Below, piece after piece: positions 36,001 through 48,461 of a stretch of 64,000 nucleotides of DNA. Position numbers and translations under genes: made by a program. The notes under the pieces were generated by a model, which searched no databases, was not told where the DNA came from, and saw only the letters and a program-made list of their open reading frames with translations. This DNA comes from Candidatus Multivoradales bacterium (GTDB lineage: Bacteria > Acidobacteriota > Thermoanaerobaculia > Multivoradales > J023). Position 1 is the stretch's first letter; the number at the start of each line of letters is the position of its first letter. The DNA lies in the NCBI GenBank assembly GCA_965248925.1, contig CBDFLE010000006.1, positions 2,272,001-2,336,000 of the forward strand, in the 5' to 3' direction.

Positions 36001-39000
36001 CTGCTCCACGCCCTCGACCTCGATCAGGACCTGGAACGGCACCATTCTCAAGTCGAAGCCATCCGAGCTGTTGCGCGTGTTGACCTCTAGGTCAATCTCC
36101 GTGCCGGGATCGAGCGCGTTGCTAGTGACGAAGCCCAGGCTGACGGTGTAGTCCGGCAGCACTGAGTTCATCACCGGTACCCTGGCTTGATCGAGGAAAA
36201 GCACTTGACCCGACTGGTTCTTTGCTTCGACCTCGATGTAGTAGGTGCCGGTCGGAAGCTCTTCGTCGGTCAAGAGCGTGCGAGTGCAGTTCCCATTCCG
36301 TCCCGGATTGATATTGGCCAGGTGGCAGAACTGCCCGCCGGAGCCACCGAGAATTCGCAGATCCCCAGTGGAGGCGTTGAGGACCCGGAAGTAGAGGATC
36401 ACGTACTCGCTGGACGAGCCCTGGTTGGCGACGTCGAAGCGGTACTCGGCGTTCTCTCCAGCCTCCAGGACCCCATCTTCGTCGATGACTACGCCAGCTT
36501 GCCAGCGGACCTGGGAATAGGAGGCTGGTGTTCCGTTGGAGATCAGCACCGTCGCGCTCTCCTGGCCAAAGCCAGAGCTGCCGATCTGCAAGCTCGCCGC
36601 GGTGTCCGTGAGGTCTGCTGGAGTCACCTCCGTATCGATGTCGATCTCCACCAGCGTTTGTCCTGCCGGCAGCACTACCGAGCTTGGATGGTCCAGCAAA
36701 CCGCCCGGCGTGGAACCGATCGTGATGGTGCGATTCGTGGCCTCCGGCTCTTGGAACCAGACGCTCAGCCGCACAGAATCGTTTTCCATCACGCGGTACG
36801 GATACCTGGAGAGATACATCGGCGGCTGATCAGCGAGCGGCAAAGTCCATTCGATCGTGTGGGGAAGCGGTAGCTCGCTTCCGTTATCGTCGACGACCGC
36901 CCCGGCGGGAATCGTCGCGATGTACGTCGCACCGCGTTCCAGCGTTGCGTCGCTCTGGAGGTACAGCCGGTGCCGGATAGGTGTGCCGAACTGGCTGACA
37001 ATTGGCGTGAAGGAAATGTCTGTTCCGTCCGAGCGTCGATAGGTGATATTTCCGCTGTTCGAGCCCAGACTCACCGGCCGATTAAGGAAAAACATCGGGT
37101 CGTTCGTATAAGTCGTATCGCCACTGACCGGGAAGGTGTAGAGCACAGTTAGCGCATCGGGCAGACCAAAGGAGGCCCGAATCGTCCGATCGCCGAACAG
37201 CGGGAACGAACACGTAGCAGTGCCAAAGCAAAGATCGCCGGCAAAGCCGATCCAAGTCGAGCTTCCATCAGCAGTCCCAGAAAGCGTGAAGTTCTCACCA
37301 TCAGGAATCGTGACACTGGTCGAGGTACAACCCGGCGGACAGTTCAAACTGCCCAAGATCGTGCCATCACCATCGCCTTGCTTGAGCACCGTCAGCGTAT
37401 AGCCCGGACCGGTGACCGGCGGGTCATAGGTGAAGTCGCTCGTGTCCACCTGCTCTTTGGCGCCGGTCGTGTCCTCGACGAACAGACGCAGAGTCACGTT
37501 GCCTGCACTGGCACCAAACGCTGCCGGATCGACGTTGGAGGCAGAGAAGGTACCCGAGGTGCCGCTGCAAGATGTTGATGATCCGCTGCCGCAGAGCACA
37601 GCTTCGCTGCCACCATTGACGAAGCTCACCGTGAGGCGCGCCAGACCATCGGCATCCGTAGCATTGGCGATAACGGTTACCGTCCCGGTCTGAGTGCCGG
37701 TGGGGCTGGTGATAGAGCCGGAGGGGAGGGAGTTGCCGGAGCTGGCGAGAACAAGAAACTTCAGCTCGCTGTGCACGACAAGACCTCGGCCGTCGCCGCT
37801 GATGGCGACGACCGTATGAACCGTGTCTTTGGCCACATCCGGTGGTTGCCAAACAACCTCCGTAAACCTAGCCTGGTCGATTGCGGAGAAAGAGCCCTTT
37901 GAAGCACTCCAAAAATATGTCAGAGCGTCACCATCACCGTCTTCTGAGGACCCTGAGAGGGTAATAGGCCCAGACACTGGCTGAGGTGGTGCACCAACCC
38001 CGACCAACTGCTCCGGCGCGCCTATATTAGTGTCGTCGATGTCCTGATCGAAGAATCTTCCAACTGATGACAGAGCAGCTCCTTGAGTGCCCTCAGTCCG
38101 AGCTTCAATGCCTGAAAGCTCTGGACACAGATTGCCACCAGCGTCAATCCGGCACAGAATTCGGAGACTAGAAGCAATTTTGACGATCTCAGCGCGGTTA
38201 ATATGATTCAAAGGCCTAAAATGAGAACTGCTATAACCCTCCAGGACCATTGCCCTGGGAATCGAATCAGGCACAGACTCGACCGAATCCAAAGATGCGC
38301 GAGTCATCCACGAGACATACTTGTGAGCCCAGCTGATCTCCGAACCCATCGCAGGTAGATCGTTAAACTCAACTGGGGGATGCGTAGCCAATAGCCCAGG
38401 GTGGCTCTCGTCGACTCGAAATACTTCTGAGCAGGTCTTTACCGCCTCGGCCCTGGTTATAAATCGGTCAGGAAAGAAACAAAAAGAGTTCGACTCCGGA
38501 GACTCAATATACTCATCGCCGATCTGTACGCACCTCACACCTTCCACAAATTCTTCGACTTCAGCATCGGCGACATAGGGATAGAACCAGTCGTCGGAAT
38601 TAACATCAATGAAGGTCGAACTCGCTGACTGATTGACATGCTCCCCAGCGGCCTTGTACGCGATCTTTAACACCTCAGCCCTTGTTGCCTCTCGTTCAGG
38701 CTTGAAAGTGTTGTCTGGGAATCCACCGACTATGCCCTTGGGCGCTGCGTACTTCAAATACGGTGCGTACCATTCGTTGTCAGGCACATCCGAGAATCCA
38801 GCCTCCGATGAAAAGAACCCGACGTAGTTCCAGAGATCTCGGGAGCTGCCAATAAAGTCCCTGCTTTTCACTCGAAGCTGAGAACTGCCGCCTCCGTCGA
38901 GCTGAATCGAGTCGCTGGCTCCGCAACTTAGAAGTTGTTGATGCGCGTAGTCCGGACTAGCAGAAAGGGAAGTGTAGATAAGAATAGTCTCTTTCGAGCC

Positions 39001-39879
39001 GTCTCCGTCAGTATCGGCCGAAGCGCCGAAAGTCCTGGGCCTCAGAACTGCACCTCCAGGCAAAAAATCCTTCGAGAAAGACAGTAGCTCTATTGGGCAT
39101 CTCTCTGGGCAGCCAGAACTTCCAGTTGTATCGACCCTGAAATAGGGGCAAACCTCAGCGAAGTCCTTGTGATTGTCTATGCATAGGACGCGATGGTTTT
39201 CAATTTGCTGTTCGGGAAACAGGCCGAGAGGGTCTGCGTACCCAGCTGTTACCAGCCCGCTCCCTAATCGCAACGAAAAGGTGAGCTGGCCATACTCATA
39301 GTTCGCGGGGAAGCGCCCCCCAAAAGCGGCGCTCGAAATCGCAGCAGGCACCAACCCTTCGGAGGTCCTGCCTTCTTCAATTGGAATGCTGAAGAACTCG
39401 GGCGATGGCCCCCCAAAAGACCCACGGTCCGGACAATCTGGAGAAGGGGTGCAGGATTGGTCGTCAAATGGACAGCATGGCTCCTGACGTCTGACAGGAC
39501 CCAAAAGAAGCTGAAGTTCAGCCGTATTCAAGTCAACTGCCAGGATGTAGTCATCTTCGCAACCAGCACACTGAGCCTCTTTCTTGTATAGTTCAATCCC
39601 GGACGACCCTGAAATAACCGCCTCTGGCTTGTAGCTACCGCACTGCAACTGGCCTTCGAGGGCATTTGGCACCAACACTGCGAGAGCCAGAAACACATGG
39701 GCTACGCCGTGGCGAAGAGAGACCCGAGGGCGGGGTATAGCTGAGAGAATACTGGTGAGTATCTGCCGCTGGCCCGGATAAACTTCATTTCTTCTCACTT
39801 GACCACCTCTGTGACATTCTGTCGGTTTATTTGCAGGGGTATTTTTCGTCATTTCTTCAAGATTTCTAGACGGACCCAC
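33022..39879 (-). CDS. 2285-aa multidomain surface/secreted protein (phosphodiester-glycosidase-like, SLH repeats, Ig-like, CARDB-like, DUF11, GEVED, divergent InlB-B-like repeats, C-terminal DGFESGD tail)
   Basis: IQLDGGGSSQL; FSDVP..WY..GIVGGFPDNTFKP..TRAE; LTVTNNGPSMA..DPDPTNN; DAWIDFN..FARFR..GEVEDY; four G.GTV.S.P.GI.C...C repeats; LFHDGFESGDTTFWS. Confidence 0.9.
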   Translation of the reverse strand: MGPSRNLEEMTKNTPANKPTECHRGGQVRRNEVYPGQRQILTSILSAIPRPRVSLRHGVAHVFLALAVLVPNALEGQLQCGSYKPEAVISGSSGIELYKKEAQCAGCEDDYILAVDLNTAELQLLLGPVRRQEPCCPFDDQSCTPSPDCPDRGSFGGPSPEFFSIPIEEGRTSEGLVPAAISSAAFGGRFPANYEYGQLTFSLRLGSGLVTAGYADPLGLFPEQQIENHRVLCIDNHKDFAEVCPYFRVDTTGSSGCPERCPIELLSFSKDFLPGGAVLRPRTFGASADTDGDGSKETILIYTSLSASPDYAHQQLLSCGASDSIQLDGGGSSQLRVKSRDFIGSSRDLWNYVGFFSSEAGFSDVPDNEWYAPYLKYAAPKGIVGGFPDNTFKPEREATRAEVLKIAYKAAGEHVNQSASSTFIDVNSDDWFYPYVADAEVEEFVEGVRCVQIGDEYIESPESNSFCFFPDRFITRAEAVKTCSEVFRVDESHPGLLATHPPVEFNDLPAMGSEISWAHKYVSWMTRASLDSVESVPDSIPRAMVLEGYSSSHFRPLNHINRAEIVKIASSLRILCRIDAGGNLCPELSGIEARTEGTQGAALSSVGRFFDQDIDDTNIGAPEQLVGVGAPPQPVSGPITLSGSSEDGDGDALTYFWSASKGSFSAIDQARFTEVVWQPPDVAKDTVHTVVAISGDGRGLVVHSELKFLVLASSGNSLPSGSITSPTGTQTGTVTVIANATDADGLARLTVSFVNGGSEAVLCGSGSSTSCSGTSGTFSASNVDPAAFGASAGNVTLRLFVEDTTGAKEQVDTSDFTYDPPVTGPGYTLTVLKQGDGDGTILGSLNCPPGCTSTSVTIPDGENFTLSGTADGSSTWIGFAGDLCFGTATCSFPLFGDRTIRASFGLPDALTVLYTFPVSGDTTYTNDPMFFLNRPVSLGSNSGNITYRRSDGTDISFTPIVSQFGTPIRHRLYLQSDATLERGATYIATIPAGAVVDDNGSELPLPHTIEWTLPLADQPPMYLSRYPYRVMENDSVRLSVWFQEPEATNRTITIGSTPGGLLDHPSSVVLPAGQTLVEIDIDTEVTPADLTDTAASLQIGSSGFGQESATVLISNGTPASYSQVRWQAGVVIDEDGVLEAGENAEYRFDVANQGSSSEYVILYFRVLNASTGDLRILGGSGGQFCHLANINPGRNGNCTRTLLTDEELPTGTYYIEVEAKNQSGQVLFLDQARVPVMNSVLPDYTVSLGFVTSNALDPGTEIDLEVNTRNSSDGFDLRMVPFQVLIEVEGVEQVLYDTYSDVRGHFTSFHQFELPVVAPSVPGEHRIWARINPPGPGQIPELNFSNNESEMKILRVAGPERPPVLDPIPSPITVVAGTALSLEVTAQDENGDNLTFALTNPPAGATVTSTGPQSAVFNWSSAADFPAGAWDVTVTVSDGTPETSDDQQVVRLVVEHQADLLAVIDDGLALAVPGQPTGYTLTVTNNGPSMASGANVQAAFPQLTDVLWCAGSACTPTQIGDLIDAVTVGPAESKIYEIQGRIAAGATGSIIQTATVSAGASSTDPDPTNNQGSDTTTLRDLDFGDAPDTALGPPWAYPTKLADNGARHGIVPGLHLGAVVDGEVDGQPSLAADGDNLSGAADEDGVIVLTALTPCQTADLEVVAASAGLLDAWIDFNTAGDWVDAGEQVVTSLALVAGTNSLSISVPCGATPGAVAFARFRFSSSGGLAFSGLALDGEVEDYAFPVAQTFKNLVVTKIGAGTGTVIASPNGINCGDDCSEAYPTGTPIVLSTTPAAGSEFIEWGGDCSGSGNCPLVMDSDKQVTARFEPRDYELTVEVDGNGTVLSSPAAISCQPTCSATFTYGEVVTLTATPGTGSHFIGWDDPNCPGTDSCAVTVTADTTITATFERNRYLLTVIVDGAGTIVSDPAGIACEPECTAEFDHGTEVTLTPIAEPVSSFVSWDLAACPDSDPCTFILEGALTITGTFEPSDYELAVERTGAGNGRVVSATAGIDCGNDCTESYPYQAAVSLSALAGVGSKFSVWSGGGCVRTETCELSMEADVTISADFAISCVDEIENGTVNWNTATGPNDGGGTTPWVVTSSDSYSPTQSWFASEEDQVKDQLLVAAFSTPLVDTGATLQFWQRYETEAGFDGGVLEYSVDGAISWFDILDGDGAAIPANSARFVSEPYNSSLDVCCANPLAGRQAWSGISSGWVNTIVDLSDLAGHSVRFRWRMGSDDAVSDGLGWWVDDVVILDAAVCPLGLLFHDGFESGDTTFWSSTEQ

Positions 39880-40006
39880 CGCGACCTCCTCAGCAACTGT
39901 TTTAAATGATCCAACTAAATCGAGTGGCCGGCAAGCCGCCGTTTTGGACCTTCACTACAAAGGATGATGCCTCCACCACGAACCGGCTCCTTCACCTCTC
40001 GACCGT

Positions 40007-42859
<2,853 letters not shown>

Positions 42860-42906
42860 CGGTATCCCTCTCGTGGTCGGCACAGCACGTCGCTCTGCCA
42901 GCTGTC

Positions 42907-42941
42907 CTACGAAGGCGCAGAACGGCAGCGAAGTGGCTCAC
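42907..42941 (-). promoter_or_regulatory. Putative ECF-sigma promoter motif (copy 2)
   Basis: GTGAGCCAC-N12-CTGCGCCTTCGTAG just after the sigma stop codon and upstream of the kinase gene. Confidence 0.55.
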
Positions 42942-42948
42942 GCCAGCG

Positions 42949-43545
42949 TCAATTTTTTTTCTTTAGCTCGCGCGCCAGCCAGTGCCGCGCAAAGGTCCAG
43001 TCGCGCTTAACGGTCGCCCGGGAGATCTCGAGGTACTCGGCGATTTCCCGATGGGTCATTCCGGAGTAGAAGCGCAGTACGACTACATTCGCAGCCCGCG
43101 CGTCCTCTACCTCCAGTCGCCTCAGCACCTCGTCCAGCGCCAGGAGCCGGTCAGAATCCAGCCCGCCAGACGCAGGTACGCCCAGTGCCTCTTCCAGGAC
43201 GACCATGACCTGCTTCCCGCCACGGAATTCAGCCTTGCGCCGGCGGGCATAGTCGATTAGGACCCGCCGCATCTCCCGGCCAGCGAAGGCGAAAAACTGA
43301 GCCCGGCACTGGAAGTGCAGCTTCTCTTGGCCGAGGATCCTGAGATAGGCCTCGTGGACCAGAGCAGTGGGTTGCAGCGTGAGTTGGCGGGATTCACCTT
43401 GGAAATAGACCGCTGCGATTTTCCGCAGCTCCTTGTAGACCAGTGGCAGCAGGCGCTCGCGCGCCGACTCATCCCCATTCGTCCAGTCGACCAACAGTGC
43501 AGTGACCTCAGCAGGAGAGGTCAACACGGTTCCCTGTGCAGACAT
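42949..43545 (-). CDS. ECF-type sigma factor (TIGR02999-like, kinase-associated)
   Basis: VTALLVDW..GD..ARERLLPLVYKELRKIA, TLQPTALVHEAYLR, MRRVLIDYAR, ISRATVKRDWTFARHWL. Confidence 0.93.
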   Translation of the reverse strand: MSAQGTVLTSPAEVTALLVDWTNGDESARERLLPLVYKELRKIAAVYFQGESRQLTLQPTALVHEAYLRILGQEKLHFQCRAQFFAFAGREMRRVLIDYARRRKAEFRGGKQVMVVLEEALGVPASGGLDSDRLLALDEVLRRLEVEDARAANVVVLRFYSGMTHREIAEYLEISRATVKRDWTFARHWLARELKKKN

Positions 43546-44071
43546 AGATCCGCCTCCCCGTCTACTCTCTTCGCTAAACTCCTCCAGATGGACAGTAAGT
43601 CAAACTGGAGATCGCATCAGAAGACCCCAGCAAACCAACCTCAGCTGCGCCAGGATCAATTCTAATAACATAAAGTCATAGAGAACCCCTGACCTTACGC
43701 TCCAACACGGCCACGCTAGTCGAATTGATCGGCAGAAGAAAGTATATTTTTTTCTTGCCGAGAGCACCCTACACCCAAGACGTCCGGGCCGAGCGCCACT
43801 GCTGAACTGCTTGCTGCTACTCGATCATACGCCTTTTCGCGGCGGCAGGTTACTCAACATCCTGAGCGGTGGCGAGAGTTTGAGGTTCGAAAGTCTTATC
43901 TTACATACAACTTTCGTGGCGCAACTATCTCCATTCAGAACGCAATAGCGTCCAGTAGCTTCCCAGGCACCCTCTGGATCTTACAATGGAAAACGCCTTC
44001 CCGCCTCTTTCGTTCCTGCTTTCCCTCTCCTCCTCGCTCGCTTCATTTCTTGCCTTTGCCGCTAGCTCCTT

Positions 44072-44404
44072 GGCCTATTCCGACGAAACCGACCAGCCAT
44101 TCAGATCGAAATCGGCCACTTGTCGGAGCGAAGCGACGCTGGCGCTCTCCTCAGCTGTAGGTGTCCTACTTTCGTTGTAGCTGGAGTCCTCCTTCCGGCT
44201 CTTCTTCTTGATTGATTGTAATCAAAGACCCCGGCGTCGGGGCTGTGCGTAGCTTTGGGAAACGCGGGTGGGGGGCCCGCGGGGGGTCTTTCCAAGCGGT
44301 TGTGGGAATAGCAGAGCGATTTCCGCAACCGCGGCAGCTTCCGTAGTCCATCTGGGATCTTGTCCGGATCGGGCCCCCGGCCCGCTGGCCAGTCAGGATC
44401 GGCG
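44072..44404. mobile_element. Orphan diverged IS21 end fragment (non-coding end downstream of istB)
   Basis: Collinear with 25295-25625 (GCCTATTCCGACGAAAC...CACTTGTCGGAGCGAAGCGACGCTGGCGCTCTCCTCAG...GTCAGGATCGGCG) with scattered substitutions; no ist genes attached. Confidence 0.9.
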
Positions 44405-44459
44405 GGGAGGGACCTTCGCACTCATCCCAGATCCAGCTCGCTTTTCCAGTAGCAACCAT

Positions 44460-44610
44460 TCAGCGGTGATAGGGCTGCCCGATGGTGAGCCCGGAAAGCG
44501 CCCTGTAATGTTTGCAGTTGAACGTCAGGAGGGTGGCGGAATAGCCGATCGAACAAGCCGCGATCAGGGAGTCCAAGAGTCCCAGACCATGGGACAGGTG
44601 CATGCCCATC
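44460..44610 (-). pseudogene. C-terminal remnant of a VapC/PIN toxin
   Basis: LSHGLGLLDSLIAACSIG...LLTFNCKHY; the N-terminal LDT motif region is missing. Confidence 0.75.
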
Positions 44611-44868
44611 TCAACCTGTTCGCCTCTCGGCCTGGCGGCGGATCTCACGGGCGTGGGTCTGGCTGTCCTTGATGTCAGGCCGCGAACCGATCACACCTTC
44701 TCGACGCCAAGAGGCTACGAGTTCAGCCCCGTTGGCCGGCTTCGCCTTCGTCTTTGGAACGTCACCAAGCAGCCGCAGCGCGTACTGCTCGACAGGAAGA
44801 CCCAAGTGCAGCGCCTCTGCGGTGAGCCGGTGTTCCAGGTCTTTGGGTAAGTCCAGGGTTAGAGTCAT
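44611..44868 (-). CDS. Putative RHH-type antitoxin
   Basis: MTLTLDLPKDLEHRLTAEA..GLPVEQYALRLL, immediately upstream of the PIN remnant. Confidence 0.7.
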   Translation of the reverse strand: MTLTLDLPKDLEHRLTAEALHLGLPVEQYALRLLGDVPKTKAKPANGAELVASWRREGVIGSRPDIKDSQTHAREIRRQAERRTG

Positions 44869-44945
44869 CTTGATTCTTCCTTGCAGATCAAGCGATTCTG
44901 ATGATCTTGGCCGATCCTTGATCGCCGCTCAAGATCGCTTCAAGT

Positions 44946-45130
44946 TTACCAGTCCACTGCACACTCGGTAAGGAATCGCTCGGCCAGGGTCGGTGCCTCG
45001 CGGGTCCGCTGGCGGTCCTCGCAGGAATCTCCACCGCTTGCCGCGTTTATGAGCCGCTCGCGGGCAAGCCGTCGAGCCTCGGCTGGTGCCGACCTGCCGT
45101 GCGAGCCAGAAGCCAGGACGATCCCCGGCA
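44946..45130 (-). pseudogene. Remnant of a tyrosine-integrase N-terminal arm-binding region
   Basis: GSHGRSAPAEARRLARERLINAASGGDSCEDRQRTREAPTLAERFL resembles the G.HG..T...AR..A..L......G.DP...R...R.APT...LAERF pattern of integrase Arm domains. Confidence 0.55.
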
Positions 45131-45153
45131 CTGCCCAAGCTCCCGCACCCCGT

Positions 45154-48100
45154 TCAACCGCGCTTCGCCAAGGCATCTTTCTTATCCCCCTCATCCCGCC
45201 CCCTAATCGCCGGCTCTTTCTTCTTCCTCGGCGGGCGCTCTTCGGCCGGTTTGACCTCGAAGTCGATCTGGTGACTGGCTTCACCTCGGCGCAGCTCTAA
45301 CTGGTAGCTACCAGGGGTAATGTAAAGCTGACGTTGGAGGCGCACTAGCTCGGCCCAGGGAGTCTTGGCCCGTTTGCCGCGTTCGGTCTTGGCAGGGTCG
45401 GCGGCGGCGGCTTCCTTTTTAGCGCGCCGGCTTTTCTTCTTACTGTCGCTCTTCTCGGCTTCTTGCTCGGCCAGCTTCTCGCTCTCGGCGGCTAGCGCCA
45501 GCTCTTGGTCGAGCAGCAAGTTCCAGATAAAGGTGCCGACGCCGCGCTCTGCTGGGTGCTCGATGCGGCGGAGCTCGCGGCCGTCTTCATCGAGCAAGAT
45601 CAGCTCTACCACGCCAGCCTCAGCGGACCAGAAAGGGATCTTCAACTCGGGGGCGTCTTCGGCGCGGTAGAACCACTCGGAACGCCGCCGCTTCCAACCC
45701 CGCTGGTAGTCGACCGCCTCGACCGGGAAGAGATGCACGGGCTCGGCACGCAACTCTTCAGTGAGTTCTTGCACTGGCAATACGTCGACTACCCAGACGC
45801 TGCGTCCATGGGTGCCGGCAATCAGCTCGCGTTGGCGTGGATGGACCACCAAATCGTGCACTGGAACGTTGGGCAACGCCCCTTGCAAGGCTTGCCAGAT
45901 CTGGCCGCGGTCGAGGCTGACGTAGACCCCGCGATCGCTGCCGACGTAGAGCACGTCTGGGTTGACCGGATCTTCGCACACCACGTTGATCGCTTCGGCG
46001 GGTAGGCCGGCGGAGAGGTCTTGCCAGGTGGTTCCCAGGTCGGCGGTGCGGTAAAGGTAGGGGGTTACATCGTCGTTGCGGTAGCCGTTGAGACTGAGGT
46101 AGGCGACATCTTTGTCGAAATTCGACGCCTCGACCCGGCTGACCCAGCGGTCGGCGGGCAGCTGAGCACCCACGTCTCGCCAGTTCTGGCCACCGTCGGT
46201 GGTCAGGTGGATCTGGCCGTCGTCACTACCGACCCAAATACGACCGAATTCGAGGGGCGATTCGGAGATCGTGGTCAAGGTGGCGTAGGGCACGTCGCCG
46301 CGTTCCTGGGAGCGGGTCAGATCGGGGCTGATGGCGGTCCAGGTTTCACCCTGATCGAGCGAGCGGTAGAGTTTCTCGGCACCGTAGTAGACGATGTCGG
46401 CATGGTGTGGCGATAGCCTCACCGGGGTGTTCCAGTTGTAACGCAACGCTGGCTCGCCAAGACCGTCGCGGGGGCGCACTGTGGCCCGTTCGCCATCGGG
46501 ATCGAGACGCTGGTAGAAGCCGAATTGGAAGCCGAGGTAGGTGGTCTGGTTGTCCCGCGGATCGACCTGGACGTGCATGCCATCGCCACCGCCGACCCGC
46601 CGCCACGGTTGGCTGATGCCGAGTTGGTAGTCGCTGGGACCTTTTAAAGTGCCGTTGTCTTGTAAGCCGCCATAGATGTTGTATGGCTCGGCGAGGTCGA
46701 CGGCAACGGTGTAGAGCTGGCCCACCGCCTGGGCATCGAGCTTGAGCCAGCTGACCCCACCGTCGTAGCTCAGGTCGAGACCACCGTCGTTGCCGACGAT
46801 CATTCGCTGGGGGTAGTGGGGATCGATCCAGAACTCGTGATGATCGACATGCACCCCGCGACCATTGAGTCCACTCCACGTCTGGCCGCCGTCGGCCGAG
46901 GTGATCACTGGCACGCCGAGCACGTAGAGCCGCTGTGGGTCGTCCGGCGCCACGCGGATCTGGCCGAAATAATAGCCGTAGGTGTAGGCCACCTGGCGAA
47001 TCGGCTGCTCGTGGGTCAGGCGCCAGCTGGCGCCGCCATCGTCTGAACGCCAAATCTCGAGACCGCGGATGTCAGTCTGGAACAAGCTGGCGTTGGCGTC
47101 GTCGAGTTCGGCGAGCAGATCTTCGAGGGTGATTTCTTCGGCCTCGACCATGTCGAGCAGGGTCTCAGCGTCGATCTCGATGGCCAGGTCGCTGGCGCGG
47201 ATGAAGTCTTCGATCTCTTCGGGATCTTGGTCCAGGAACTCTACGCGGGTCATCTGCCGCAAGCGCTTGGCGGTGACCGCGCCATCGCCCAGGTCCCACT
47301 GCTCTTCGGGCAACGGCTGTTGATTGTCGAGCGCGGCGTAGAGGGTTTGCGGTCGGCTAGCGGCAAGGGCCAGGCCGATGCGTCCAACATGGGTTCCACG
47401 AGGCAAGCCACCGTCCAGACGCTGCCAGTGGGAGCCGCCATCGACGGATTTCCAAATACCACTGCCGGCGCCGCCCTCGACGAAATCCCAGGGTCGCCGA
47501 GAACGCTCCCAGGTGGCGGCGTAGAGCACTTGGTGATTGGCCGGATCGATCACCAGATCGACCACCCCGGTCAGCTCACCTGTATCGAGCACCTGCTGCC
47601 AGCTCTGACCCCCGTCGACGGTGCGATAAACCCCTCGGCCACCACCCGAGGTGTAGAGCTTGCCGAGGGCAGCGACGTAGACCCGCCGCGAATCCTGCGG
47701 ATCGACCAGCACCCGACCGATCCGATCGACCTCTTCCAGGCCCAGGTGCTGCCAACTCTGGCCGCCGTCGGTGGAACGATAGATGCCCCGACCGCCATAG
47801 GAGGAACGTGACGAGTTGCTCTCGCCGGTGCCCACCCAAAGGGTCTGCGGTGCCTGTGGATCGACCGCCAGATCGCCCATTATCAGGGTCTGCTGGTGGT
47901 CAAAGAGGGGCTCGAAGGTGACCCCGTTATTGGTCGTCTTCCACAGCCCGCCGGAAGCGTAAGCGACGTAGAAAGTGTAGGGCTCTCCAGGGACTGATTC
48001 GATGTCGACCACTCGTCCGCCCTGCACCACCGGCCCCACCGAGCGCCATTCGAGACCCTTGAAGAGGGAGGACTGTTCGAGTTCCTGATGTCGCTGCCAA

Positions 48101-48255
48101 GAGGCGCGATGCTGCTCAACGGTTGCCGGGCCGCTGGCTGCCTGGCGCTCGGCCCGGGCCACAGCACCGCCAATCCCGCACAGGTTGCCGATCCCAGTGA
48201 TAGTGAAACCGACCAACAGTAGGGCGCCGAGGCGCGGTGGCGTCTGGCGAATCAT
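45154..48255 (-). CDS. Exported BNR-repeat/sortilin (VPS10)-like glycosyl-hydrolase-family protein
   Basis: WRSVGP..GGR, ASGGLWKTTNNG, LWVGTGE, many S.DGG.SW Asp-boxes, HVDHH, GGLQDNG, RYNWNTP, THGRS. Confidence 0.9.
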   Translation of the reverse strand: MIRQTPPRLGALLLVGFTITGIGNLCGIGGAVARAERQAASGPATVEQHRASWQRHQELEQSSLFKGLEWRSVGPVVQGGRVVDIESVPGEPYTFYVAYASGGLWKTTNNGVTFEPLFDHQQTLIMGDLAVDPQAPQTLWVGTGESNSSRSSYGGRGIYRSTDGGQSWQHLGLEEVDRIGRVLVDPQDSRRVYVAALGKLYTSGGGRGVYRTVDGGQSWQQVLDTGELTGVVDLVIDPANHQVLYAATWERSRRPWDFVEGGAGSGIWKSVDGGSHWQRLDGGLPRGTHVGRIGLALAASRPQTLYAALDNQQPLPEEQWDLGDGAVTAKRLRQMTRVEFLDQDPEEIEDFIRASDLAIEIDAETLLDMVEAEEITLEDLLAELDDANASLFQTDIRGLEIWRSDDGGASWRLTHEQPIRQVAYTYGYYFGQIRVAPDDPQRLYVLGVPVITSADGGQTWSGLNGRGVHVDHHEFWIDPHYPQRMIVGNDGGLDLSYDGGVSWLKLDAQAVGQLYTVAVDLAEPYNIYGGLQDNGTLKGPSDYQLGISQPWRRVGGGDGMHVQVDPRDNQTTYLGFQFGFYQRLDPDGERATVRPRDGLGEPALRYNWNTPVRLSPHHADIVYYGAEKLYRSLDQGETWTAISPDLTRSQERGDVPYATLTTISESPLEFGRIWVGSDDGQIHLTTDGGQNWRDVGAQLPADRWVSRVEASNFDKDVAYLSLNGYRNDDVTPYLYRTADLGTTWQDLSAGLPAEAINVVCEDPVNPDVLYVGSDRGVYVSLDRGQIWQALQGALPNVPVHDLVVHPRQRELIAGTHGRSVWVVDVLPVQELTEELRAEPVHLFPVEAVDYQRGWKRRRSEWFYRAEDAPELKIPFWSAEAGVVELILLDEDGRELRRIEHPAERGVGTFIWNLLLDQELALAAESEKLAEQEAEKSDSKKKSRRAKKEAAAADPAKTERGKRAKTPWAELVRLQRQLYITPGSYQLELRRGEASHQIDFEVKPAEERPPRKKKEPAIRGRDEGDKKDALAKRG

Positions 48256-48461
48256 GGCGTCTTCTCCTCTAAGCGATTGTGCGGTGACTGGGCGAGCGGT
48301 AGCATACCTTGCCGCCACGAGACCGCTAGGGCGAACACCACCGCGGCGAAGACCGTTATGTAGCGGAGAAAGTGAGCGGACATCGAGCTGAGCATCGGCT
48401 CTGGCAAGAGCTGACCCACTGCAATCCTCCCCGAGCGTCGAAATTGCCGAGAACTGCTAAA

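Noticed and set aside
34318-36873. Long plus-strand ORFs (393, 192, 228 aa) opposite the giant gene, and similar shadow ORFs across the window
   Set aside because: Antisense ORFs are expected in high-GC coding DNA; they have biased composition and no domain motifs.
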